From Sedimentisphaerales bacterium (GTDB lineage Bacteria; Planctomycetota; Phycisphaerae; Sedimentisphaerales; Anaerobacaceae), in NCBI GenBank assembly GCA_040772485.1, contig JAXGYC010000007.1, positions 224,001 through 288,000 on the forward strand: DNA of 64,000 nucleotides, in the 5' to 3' direction. Below are positions 19,882-28,600 of this stretch, one piece after another. Made by a program: the position numbers and the translations under genes. Position 1 is the first letter of the stretch. Every line of letters begins with the position of its first letter. Under the pieces are notes generated by a model that saw only the letters and a program-made list of their open reading frames with translations, searched no databases and had not been told where the DNA came from.

Positions 19882-20694
19882 ATGACCGCACGACGCCTGC
19901 TGAAACTGACGCACTTGGTCAGCATGATCTGGTTCATGCTCTGCGTGGGCTACATCGTCGTGCGGGCACTCCACGAGGCGGGGTTCAACTGGTTGCTCAT
20001 CTTCTCGCTTTCAGGCCACTCCGCGCTGGCGGTCTTTCTGCTGGTCAGCCTCTATCTGTTCGCTCTGTTTCGCGGCGTCGGCGGGACGCAGCATATCGCG
20101 CTGGAACACCCTCTGACGAGCACTCACTACTATATGGGCCTCTACGTAGCGGCCCCTCTTCTCGGAGGCTTGGCCGGCGTTCTGGGCATGTGGGGCGTTC
20201 AGGATATCGGCCGCTTCCTGGTGGGACTGGCGTTGGGGACTTTGTGCACGACGTTTGCGGTCTGGGTGATCATCGATCCGGCCGCTGGTTTGATCGAGAT
20301 GCTGCTGCCGACCAGCCGAAAGCATCGAGCCGAACGATTGGCCCGGGTCGAGGCCGATCGGCGTGCCCGTCGCGAGCGACGCGAACGCGTCCTGGCCGAA
20401 GCCTTCGCCCGCGAAACGCAGGAGCGACAACGATGGCAAGAGCGGCTCCAGCCACACGCCGAGCGTCTGGCCGTGCTCTTGACCGCCGACGCCTCCGGCT
20501 TCCAGAAAGCCGAGCAGGAGGCGGTGGACATCGGCGCCAAAGCCTGGCGGTTGGGTGGCCTGATGTGTATGCGCCAACTCCGCGATATGGCAATGGATAT
20601 CTGCAAGAACCAGCGCGGTCAGGCCAAGGCCGTCGACTACGTGTCCTACTGGTGGGACGGCATCGGGGATTGGCGAAGACCCTCGCTGGGATGA
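19882..20694 (+). CDS. Hypothetical membrane protein (4 TM, Arg/Glu-rich coil, C-terminal WWDGIGDW)
   Basis: Open frame following wza; hydrophobic N-terminal half and charged helical C-terminal half. Confidence 0.75.
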   Translation: MTARRLLKLTHLVSMIWFMLCVGYIVVRALHEAGFNWLLIFSLSGHSALAVFLLVSLYLFALFRGVGGTQHIALEHPLTSTHYYMGLYVAAPLLGGLAGVLGMWGVQDIGRFLVGLALGTLCTTFAVWVIIDPAAGLIEMLLPTSRKHRAERLARVEADRRARRERRERVLAEAFARETQERQRWQERLQPHAERLAVLLTADASGFQKAEQEAVDIGAKAWRLGGLMCMRQLRDMAMDICKNQRGQAKAVDYVSYWWDGIGDWRRPSLG

Positions 20695-20804
20695 GCCGTG
20701 CCTCCACCTGCGCCACCACGTCCGCTCGCGGCAGCAAACAGATGCCGAAAACCGCCTTTCCTGGTTCCAAACCGCGCGGGTAGGCAGGTCAAAGCAGGCT
20801 TCGA

Positions 20805-21521
20805 TCACCCCGCCGAACGAAAGCCCGGGCGCCTTCGGAACCACCCGAGAATTCCCAGGCCTGCAGCCCCCAGTGCAACCGCGCCGGGAGCGGGAACCAG
20901 CAGAACGAGCATGTCCTGATCGTCCGCAGGCGGCTCATCGTCTGCAAGCAGCGACAGATTCAGAACCCGAACGTCCCCAATCGCATTCCATCCGGGATCC
21001 TCCGCCTCTGCAACGAACGCATTTGCCCAAGCGTATTCGAGCGAACGGCTGTTCGCGGGATACCACTGCGGATCGGCGCTCAGAGTATCCAGAAGGCTTT
21101 CGCTCACGCCCTGCACGGACGGCACTGCGGCCCGGAGCACACGAGCCGGCGTCTGGCGCCCCAAGCCCGGCGCGTGATCGTAGTCGGTAACCGGTGTCCC
21201 ACCGACAAACGAGTGGTAGAGATACGTCGCCTCAGGCGTCAGCGCACCGCCGCCCTGCACTACGCGGTCATAAAGCGTCCCCCCATAGGTCTTGGCAGGC
21301 ACAGATTCGATTCCTGCGCCCGACCCGGCACGAGAGGACTGAAAGGGACTCTCCAGAGCCAAGCCGGGCACCGGATCCCCCTGCAGCGCGAGTTGATACT
21401 CGCCTGCCCAGTCCGGTCGATAAGAGGTGCCGTCGGCCCGCCCGACGGTAACCGTCTGGACCGCCACCGCAGGGCCTGTCAGAGCCAACAGGCCGAGCGT
21501 TGACACAACAAACCGCCTCAT
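20805..21521 (-). CDS. PEP-CTERM-type surface protein (PAPGA variant)
   Basis: AAGGAG RBS; signal peptide; C-terminal VPAPGA plus TM 'VALGAAGLGILGWF' plus RRR. Confidence 0.85.
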   Translation of the reverse strand: MRRFVVSTLGLLALTGPAVAVQTVTVGRADGTSYRPDWAGEYQLALQGDPVPGLALESPFQSSRAGSGAGIESVPAKTYGGTLYDRVVQGGGALTPEATYLYHSFVGGTPVTDYDHAPGLGRQTPARVLRAAVPSVQGVSESLLDTLSADPQWYPANSRSLEYAWANAFVAEAEDPGWNAIGDVRVLNLSLLADDEPPADDQDMLVLLVPAPGAVALGAAGLGILGWFRRRPGFRSAG

Positions 21522-21712
21522 CTTTTTCTCCTTGCGTCCTTGCCGGACCCCTTATCACCCGCCTGCAAAAAATGGAAACCGTCTCTATCTCATCACTTCC
21601 TGCCGAGCACCCTGGCGGCTCAAATCCCGACGGACTTGAGCGCCGCACGCACTTATCAGAGGAACTCCCGCCCGCACGCGGCATCGACGCGATGGCGAAA
21701 CCGCGCCGATCA

Positions 21713-22006
21713 CTACGCTGGAGCAGCCCAACAGTCCAACAGTCCGCCGGCCAGCCGCACCATCGGCGGTGTTTCCGCGGACCGGGCCACGACCAAACCA
21801 CCTGCGCACTCGGTGCGCCAATGGCCGCACGCGCTGATCCAGAACCTCACGGGGAAGGAATGCAGAAAAACCGCGTCGTCCAGACGAGACAATCCGACAA
21901 CACACTCGCGCCCGCTCTCGACGACCACGGCGTACCCCAAGGCGCCCAGAAAGGCTCCGCCCGCCAACAGAGTGCGCAGGATCCTATGGTCCCTGCCCCA
22001 GAACAT
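21713..22006 (-). CDS. Possible small protein or gene remnant
   Basis: AAGGAG RBS before ATG 22006; MFWGRDHRILRTLLAGGAFLGALGYAVVV is signal/TM-like; no recognisable domain. Confidence 0.3.
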   Translation of the reverse strand: MFWGRDHRILRTLLAGGAFLGALGYAVVVESGRECVVGLSRLDDAVFLHSFPVRFWISACGHWRTECAGGLVVARSAETPPMVRLAGGLLDCWAAPA

Positions 22007-22443
22007 CTCCCGTCTCCTTACGGTGTCGCGTCTTGTCGGAGTTATCGGACCTGCCGGTGACCAACCCAACTACACGTGGATATGGCCCTCGTCCAAACTC
22101 TCACGTTGTATAGTCGTGCGCTTCTGGGACGTCAAGGCAAAAGCCCAGAAAAACCATAATTCGTGTGTCGCGAGCACGGTTCTTCTCGGTCGTAGGCGGT
22201 CTGTGTTGTCACATCCTCGGCAGGCGCACGGAGGGGTGATGCGGTGTGGACCCGTCAACGCACAGAAAGCGCGTCCTGGCCATGATGAATCGGCCTTCCC
22301 GCGAGCTGAGAGACGCGCACGCGTCCGCAATGCGGGCCGTGTGTGCAGCCCGCTCTGTGCGGCATGGTCTGCACACCGCTCCATCGGCCTATCGCGGGGA
22401 CCGAAACCACACGGCGGTCTTCACCGGGCAAGACACTGAGACA

Positions 22444-23022
22444 TCAGCAAGTCCGCGTACGACGACGCCTCAATGCGAACAGCGCGCCGATGCCCAGCAG
22501 ACCGACGGTTGCCGGTTCCGGCACGACGTCGGTAGTGTAGTTGATGGTCAGAACGGAGCTGCCGAGAGTAACGCGGCTTCCGCCGTTTTCGGAGTCGATG
22601 TCCACGTAGATGGACAGCTCGCCGTCTTCCCAAAGATCATCCAGCACACCTGTCGGCAGAGCGAACGTCGATGTGCCCCACTGGCGTCCCCAGGTCTCGT
22701 CCAGCGTGCCGATGGCGACTCCGTTGGCATAGACCACGTCGATTTCCCCTTCGTAGTAATCGACGTCCCAGGCCGAGATGGAGAGGGTGGCCGACAGGAT
22801 GCCCTGTGCGCCGGCCGGGACGGTCGTCAGGTTGTGTGACCAGCCCCAGTCTTCCCATGAGCCGCGATAGTACGGCGTATGGTCGAAGATGACATCGGGG
22901 GGCGCGAAGTAGTACCCATCGTCCGAGTCCACCGTGTTAGTCACTGTGACCGTAGCCGCGTGAACGGCGCCGCACAGAAAAATGACGCAGACGACGCCCG
23001 CTGCAACTGCTGGCAGCCTCAT
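22444..23022 (-). CDS. PEP-CTERM surface protein
   Basis: GGAAGGAG RBS; signal peptide ending AVHA; canonical VPEPATVGLLGIGALFALRRRR tail. Confidence 0.92.
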   Translation of the reverse strand: MRLPAVAAGVVCVIFLCGAVHAATVTVTNTVDSDDGYYFAPPDVIFDHTPYYRGSWEDWGWSHNLTTVPAGAQGILSATLSISAWDVDYYEGEIDVVYANGVAIGTLDETWGRQWGTSTFALPTGVLDDLWEDGELSIYVDIDSENGGSRVTLGSSVLTINYTTDVVPEPATVGLLGIGALFALRRRRTRTC

Positions 23023-23316
23023 ACTCCTTCCTCCAGATTCTTCTCACTTTCTCTTCCATCGATTGACACTGGACACCTGCAACCACCGGCCGTGCGCCGT
23101 CTTCCTCCATGAGCGATTTCAGGTCCTGTGTCGGCCGGCAACGCAACCTGTGAAGTTGCCCTGCCTTGCACCGTGTCGAGAAATCCGGGAGGGACAACAA
23201 CGACCCCGATCTGGAACACGTCACCCCTGGACGCGGCGAATCTGGGTCCCCCACCACTTCTCAACGCTTCCCATTTTCTTCCATGGCGAGGCGATCGCCG
23301 CAGCGATCGGCCCCGT

Positions 23317-23360
23317 GAAAAGAGGCCCCGGAGTGAACCTCGGTTCCCTCCGGGGCCTTT
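23317..23360 (-). terminator. Rho-independent terminator downstream of the 23437-24141 gene
   Basis: AGGCCCCGGAG/CTCCGGGGCCT 11-bp stem with an inner GAACC/GGTTC pairing, followed by CTTTT on the minus strand. Confidence 0.75.
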
Positions 23361-23436
23361 CATTCCATCACTTCACCGGTGTCCTGTGCCGATACCGTAT
23401 CCGCCACAGGTCACGCAGTCAGAGCAACCCTGACGA

Positions 23437-24141
23437 TCACAGGCTCTTGCGCTTCCGCAACCAGCCAACCAGGCCGGCGCCCAATGAGCTGAGCACGATC
23501 GCGCCGGGGGCCGGAATCGTCACCGGCTGTTCCGGCTCTTCGGGCTCCTCGGGGTCTTCCTGCTCCTGCACCTCTGCCGTGAAGGCATTCGCCGTCACAT
23601 TCACGCTGAGATACAGCCAGCCTTGATTGCCGCCACTCGTACTGATCTCGATGCTGGGAAGCGTCACCTGGATGACGTCATCCAGGAGGTCGCCGTGGTT
23701 GACGGCAAACGTGCTGCTCGCACTCACCGCCGGGTCAACGCCTTGCATTCTATCGAACCTGAGATCCATGTTGACCACGTAGTCGGCGCTGTCCCCGGTG
23801 AACTCGGTGAACAGATCCCTGGTGATGTCGAAGACCGCCGTGAAAACAGGATAGCCACTCACAGTCCCCGCGATATGCTGAATGTCCCACGCATGCGAAG
23901 CCGCCGCGCTGTCCGTTGCCCCTGCGTTTTCCGGGGCGACGGCGCTGGCGCCCGCATGGACCCAGTAGTTGCCGGTTGTGGCATCCGCACCCGACAGGGA
24001 CGTCTGCTCTTGCCCGAAGTCGAATTGACCGCCACTCCACGTGAGGTTGCCGGTGACCCCCACCGTCGAGGACGCCGCGTGGCTGGCCGATGCCGTCAGC
24101 AGCACCACAGCACACAATACCAATGCTTTTTTCACATTCAT
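23437..24141 (-). CDS. PEP-CTERM-type surface protein (PAPGA variant)
   Basis: AAGGAGGAG RBS; signal peptide; acidic Pro linker EDPEEPEEPEQP; IPAPGAIVLSSLGAGLVGWLRKRK tail. Confidence 0.92.
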   Translation of the reverse strand: MNVKKALVLCAVVLLTASASHAASSTVGVTGNLTWSGGQFDFGQEQTSLSGADATTGNYWVHAGASAVAPENAGATDSAAASHAWDIQHIAGTVSGYPVFTAVFDITRDLFTEFTGDSADYVVNMDLRFDRMQGVDPAVSASSTFAVNHGDLLDDVIQVTLPSIEISTSGGNQGWLYLSVNVTANAFTAEVQEQEDPEEPEEPEQPVTIPAPGAIVLSSLGAGLVGWLRKRKSL

Positions 24142-24487
24142 ACCCTGATCTCCTCCTTACTCTCTCTTGTCCGGCCGTCACACGAAATCGACGGCCTCTT
24201 GCGTCACGCCTGATTCTGCCTCACTCCGTTGCCACCATCTCCTTCATCGCAAGCGAACGCAGGTTCCCTCCGCTCGCGGTACCCATGCTCCCCATCGAGA
24301 GCAGAGAACGTCATGGACGATTTCTTGATCCGAAGGCCTTGCGCGCACCGGCCCTCGCCACCAACAAACTCGCCGCAACGTCCTTTCAAAGAGCATGCGG
24401 ACGCCCCGCGGACAGCTCCGCACCACATGGCCGCAACAAGCCGATGATACTCCGATCACCCGCTCGATCCGGCACTCCACGATCCCT

Positions 24488-24763
24488 CTAACCGCGGCAG
24501 CAGGACACCAGTGGCTGGCGCGATATCTCATCGTGCCTGGCGTTTCTGCTCTGGATCGTTACACGAAAACCAGAAACACAGGTCGGAATTTGCGAAATAG
24601 ACATCGGCACGAATGCGGGGATCGGTTCGGTCGAAACTGCCCGAACGACAGGACATGGCGCCAGCACACCGCCAGCCCACGGACGGGCCGCACGGAGACT
24701 CTCCGTTCCCGTCACCGGCAGCAGCAACGCCGACACCAGCCATCGTTTTGACTTCCGGAACAC
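24488..24763 (-). CDS. Possible small protein or gene remnant
   Basis: Strong GAGGAGGAG RBS before a GTG start; MFRKSKRWLVSALLLPV is signal-peptide-like. Confidence 0.3.
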   Translation of the reverse strand: MFRKSKRWLVSALLLPVTGTESLRAARPWAGGVLAPCPVVRAVSTEPIPAFVPMSISQIPTCVSGFRVTIQSRNARHDEISRQPLVSCCRG

Positions 24764-25103
24764 CGCTCCTCCTCTCTGACGGCACTACGCAGCAGCGACA
24801 CATGTTGCTCGCTGCGCACCGTCAGAGAAAGTGCCCTCTCTCCAAGCGTCTATCCATGACGTGACGAAAACGCGGTACACACCCCCTCCGATGAGGCGTA
24901 CATACTCTGGTATTCTACCGTTTCAGGCCATACCTGTCAAAGCAATTTGCACGAAAAAAGACCAGATATTCGCTTCGACCGAGACCACTGAGGATGTCCC
25001 GCCGCCTGCGGGCCGGGAACCGATCTGGACCGTGGCGCCGCCATGTGCCCTTCGCACGCGACCGGCGGCATCGCGCAGAGGGTGAATTCTCGTGACACTG
25101 CCA

Positions 25104-25133
25104 TACCACTTAGGAGCTACTCATTTAGTGGTA
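25104..25133. promoter_or_regulatory. Candidate LuxR/NarL-type 7-2-7 binding site(s)
   Basis: TACCACTTAGGAGCTACTCATTTAGTGGTA has perfect 7-bp outer arms and contains TACTCAT-TT-AGTGGTA; it lies in an AT-rich patch upstream of the PEP-CTERM genes. Confidence 0.45.
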
Positions 25134-25293
25134 GACGATCTCCAAAAAATAAGTGAACGGACACCAGCGTCCGGTCGTTTCCGTTGGCCCATGAAACACC
25201 CACGGAACCGAACCGTGATTCGGTCAAGCGGAAGCATCCTGATATGTGGTTTTGGAGATGCTGAGCCTGGATCACGGGCCGCAGGGGCCCGGC

Positions 25294-25644
25294 TCAGTCG
25301 AGGGATTGCGTGGAGGGCAGAGGGCTCTGGAGCCCGGCAGGACTGCTGGCCTCGTTGACAAACCGCAGAAGCATCGCGATCTTGCTCTTGACCTTCACCT
25401 TGCGGTAGATGTTCCTGACGTGTGTCTTGACCGTCCCCGGGCGGATCCGCAGATCGCGTGCGATGCGGTCGTTTCGGAACCCCCGGCACACCAGTTCCGC
25501 GATCTGCAATTCCCGAGGAGTCAGCTCGTACCGCCTGCGCACATACGACCACTGTCGGCTGTCCAGAAGCACGGGGCGAACCTCCGGGCCGGCACGGTCG
25601 GGCCCCCGGCAATCGCCCTCTGTTGTTTCATGTGGCGGGGACAT
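25294..25644 (-). CDS. Stand-alone LuxR-type helix-turn-helix regulator
   Basis: ELTPRELQIAELVCRGFRNDRIARDLRIRPGTVKTHVRNIYRKV; no receiver domain; start overlaps the TPR gene stop (TAATG). Confidence 0.9.
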   Translation of the reverse strand: MSPPHETTEGDCRGPDRAGPEVRPVLLDSRQWSYVRRRYELTPRELQIAELVCRGFRNDRIARDLRIRPGTVKTHVRNIYRKVKVKSKIAMLLRFVNEASSPAGLQSPLPSTQSLD

Positions 25645-28600
25645 TATCCATTGCCTTTCTGCAACTGTTCCACAAGACGTTCTGCATCGGCCAGATCCTC
25701 CTCCGACAACTCGCTCTTGCGCTGCCCGGGATCGGTCGACTGCCTGCTGCTGCGATGCAGGGCCAGGGCCTGCTCAACGTGTCGAATCGCATCCGCCTTT
25801 CGTCCCATCTCCGCGTAGACCCTGGCAAGGTGGAAATGGGTTGAGGCCACTGCCGTGGCGTTGACCGGATACAACTCCAGGCTCCGGCTCAAGTCTTGGA
25901 CGGCCTCGTCCAGACGTCCCAGGCGGTAGTGAATGACACCTCGCGTCTCGATCAGATCGATGTACTCCGGCCGCATCTTCAGACCCCGATTCGCCAGTTC
26001 CAGCGCCTCCTGATACTGCCCCTGCTCCTCGCAGAGAAGCCAGGCGAGGTTGTTCATGGCAAAGACGTTGTCCGGGTCGGCCTCCAAGATCCTCTGATTC
26101 AGGGCGGCGGCTTCCTCCGATCGCCCCATCACGGTCACCAGGTTGGCCAGCAGATGCAGCGGCGGCAGAGTTTGCGGGTGGCGCTCGATCTCCGATCGCA
26201 GCAGTCTCTCGGCAAACTCAAATCCCTTCTGGCCGCCGTCGGCGATCAGGTTTCGCGCCACGGCCGTCGGAACCGCAGCGTCATCCGGGCGCTTGGCGCG
26301 CCAGTCTGCCAGAAGAGACTCCAGTTCGGTCCAGCGTTCGGCGGAAACCAGCAGTCCAGCCCATGTGACGACCAGCGACGCATCGTCCGGCTCGGCCTGT
26401 AGAAGGCCCCGGAGAATCTCGGCCGCCTCATTCGGCTCACCACTGCGATACAGCACCGTCGCCAAGGCGATCTCGCCCTGCTTTCGCCCCGGCCCTGTCT
26501 GGGCGCCCAAATGGTGGCGGAGAAGCCGGACGGCTTCCTGAGGCCGATCTGAGTGCAAGTACGAGAAGGCCAACTGCGAGACCACGCTCATGTCATTGGG
26601 GTCCTGATCGATCAACCCTCTGAGGGTCGGCACTGCCAGCATGGGCGACCGGCGCGCCTCCGCCTGGGCCTTGAGCAGCAACAGTTGCCGGCTGTCCGGA
26701 TTCGCCGCCAGACCTCGAAGAGCCACATCCATGGCCCTAGCCACCTGGTCCTCGCGCAACTCCAGTATTCCGAGCAACTCCCAGGCATCGGCGAGGTCTT
26801 GATTCTTCTCCGTGATCTCGCGAAGCAGCGTACGCGCCTGCTCGGCCGCCGGCGCCGTTTCGCGACGGAGCAGCACGCGCGCTTTGTGCAGCTTCAACCC
26901 CATATCCTGCGGATGCAGTCGCAGCGCTTCTTCGAGTAGAGCCTCCCCCCGCTGGAACAGCACGGGGTCACCCAAGTTCAGGAACAGGAACAGCGCCCGC
27001 TGCTGGACCGGGAGGTTGTCGCGGGACAGTTCCAGAGCCTTCTCGATATCGGAAATGGCCTCTCTATTACGTCCGGTTCGGATGAAGAAATCGGACCGAG
27101 ACAGCCAGATCTCTGCCTTCTCGGGAGCCAAAGCAACCATTCGATCGTAGTCGGCCTGTGCGTCGTCGTAGCGCTTCAAGGCCTCATAAGTCCTGCCGCG
27201 CAGCAGCCGTGAAAAGACGCTGTCCTCTCGGGCAATGGTTTGGCCGCAGAGGCGCAGAGCCGCATCGGCATCGCCTCGCTCGACGTCGAGTTGCACCTGC
27301 GCGACGATGACCGAGACCGATTCCGGATCCCTCGCTTTCACCGCGTTGAGGGCCGCCTGGGCTTCGTCGTACTTCTGCTGGGCCCCCAGAATCGACACCA
27401 GTCGCAGACCGGCCGCTGTGTCGTTCGGGTCCTGCCGAACCAGGTCCTGCAGTATATCTGAGGCAGACACCAAGGCATGCCGCCGCGCAGCAGAATCGCC
27501 GGCTTTCGCGCTGCGCCGCAGGTATCCCTGCAACTGCAGCCTCTGAATGTCCGGGTCGTAGAGATCACGCGACCTGGCTCGATCCAGAATCCCCTGTGCC
27601 TCTTCATCTTCCCCTGCCTGGTAAAGGGCCTGCACCGTTCGGGTGACCACTCCGACATCGTTGGGCCATCGCTGGATCGCCTCTCGATACATGGCCAGAG
27701 CCAGTTGCAGGTCTCCGCCCTTCTCATACGCGGCCGCCAGAAGCAGGCGGCTGGAGCGGTCCTCCGGATTGGACAGGAGGTTTTCCTGCAGCAGCCGGAC
27801 CACCTGGCCGTAGTAGCTCTGGAATCCCTCGGACAGAATCCAGACCCTTGCTTGCTCCACGCGCCACTGCCAACCGTCCTGCCCCTCGATCGATTTGATT
27901 TGATCCACGATGGACTGCGACATTGCGGGATCTTTCAACACACGATCGAGCGTCAGCAGACGGCGTTTGGATCCTATGTCATCCGGAAACTCCTTTGACA
28001 GGTCCGTCAGCAATTCATAGAGGGGCTCATCTCGGCCCCACGAGACATACAGCTCCGCCAGAAGCATGCCGAGACTCCGCCGGCCCGCCTTGTCCATTCT
28101 CGACATCGCGTTGCGGATAGCGGCCTCGCACTCCGACCGCTTGTTCTGTCGGTTCAGCAACAAGGCGAGGTTTCTGACAGGTTCGGTGCTCTGCGGGAAC
28201 TTCTCAATCGTCTGGTGCAGCAGCGACACCGCCTCGGGTCCCTTGCCCTCGTCCACGTACAATTGCGCCCGCAACAGCATGGCGGCAAGCCGATCCGTCT
28301 GGCGGTTCTCCAACTGACCGAGCATCGCGGCGGCCTCCGCATGCTTGCCCTGGAACATGGCCGCCTGGACCCGGAGCAGTTGGACTTGACCCGCCTCGAC
28401 GCCTGCGGCGCTCAGCGCGGCCAGCCTTGCCTCAATGGCCCGCCAGCCACTGCGCGCGGACTCTGAATCGCCCGCGCCGGCCAGCATGCGCATGCGCGCC
28501 TGGATTTCGAGCAGCGCGGCGCTGCTCCGCAGCTCGGGAACCTCTCCGTCCGTCGGTTCGGGAACCAGCCGCTGCACCTGCTGGGCCTGATCGAGGACAC

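Noticed and set aside
21530..25290. Riboswitches or ncRNAs (for example c-di-GMP) and sigma54 promoters in the long spacers between PEP-CTERM genes
   Set aside because: No consensus was recognisable by eye; an Infernal/Rfam scan would be needed.
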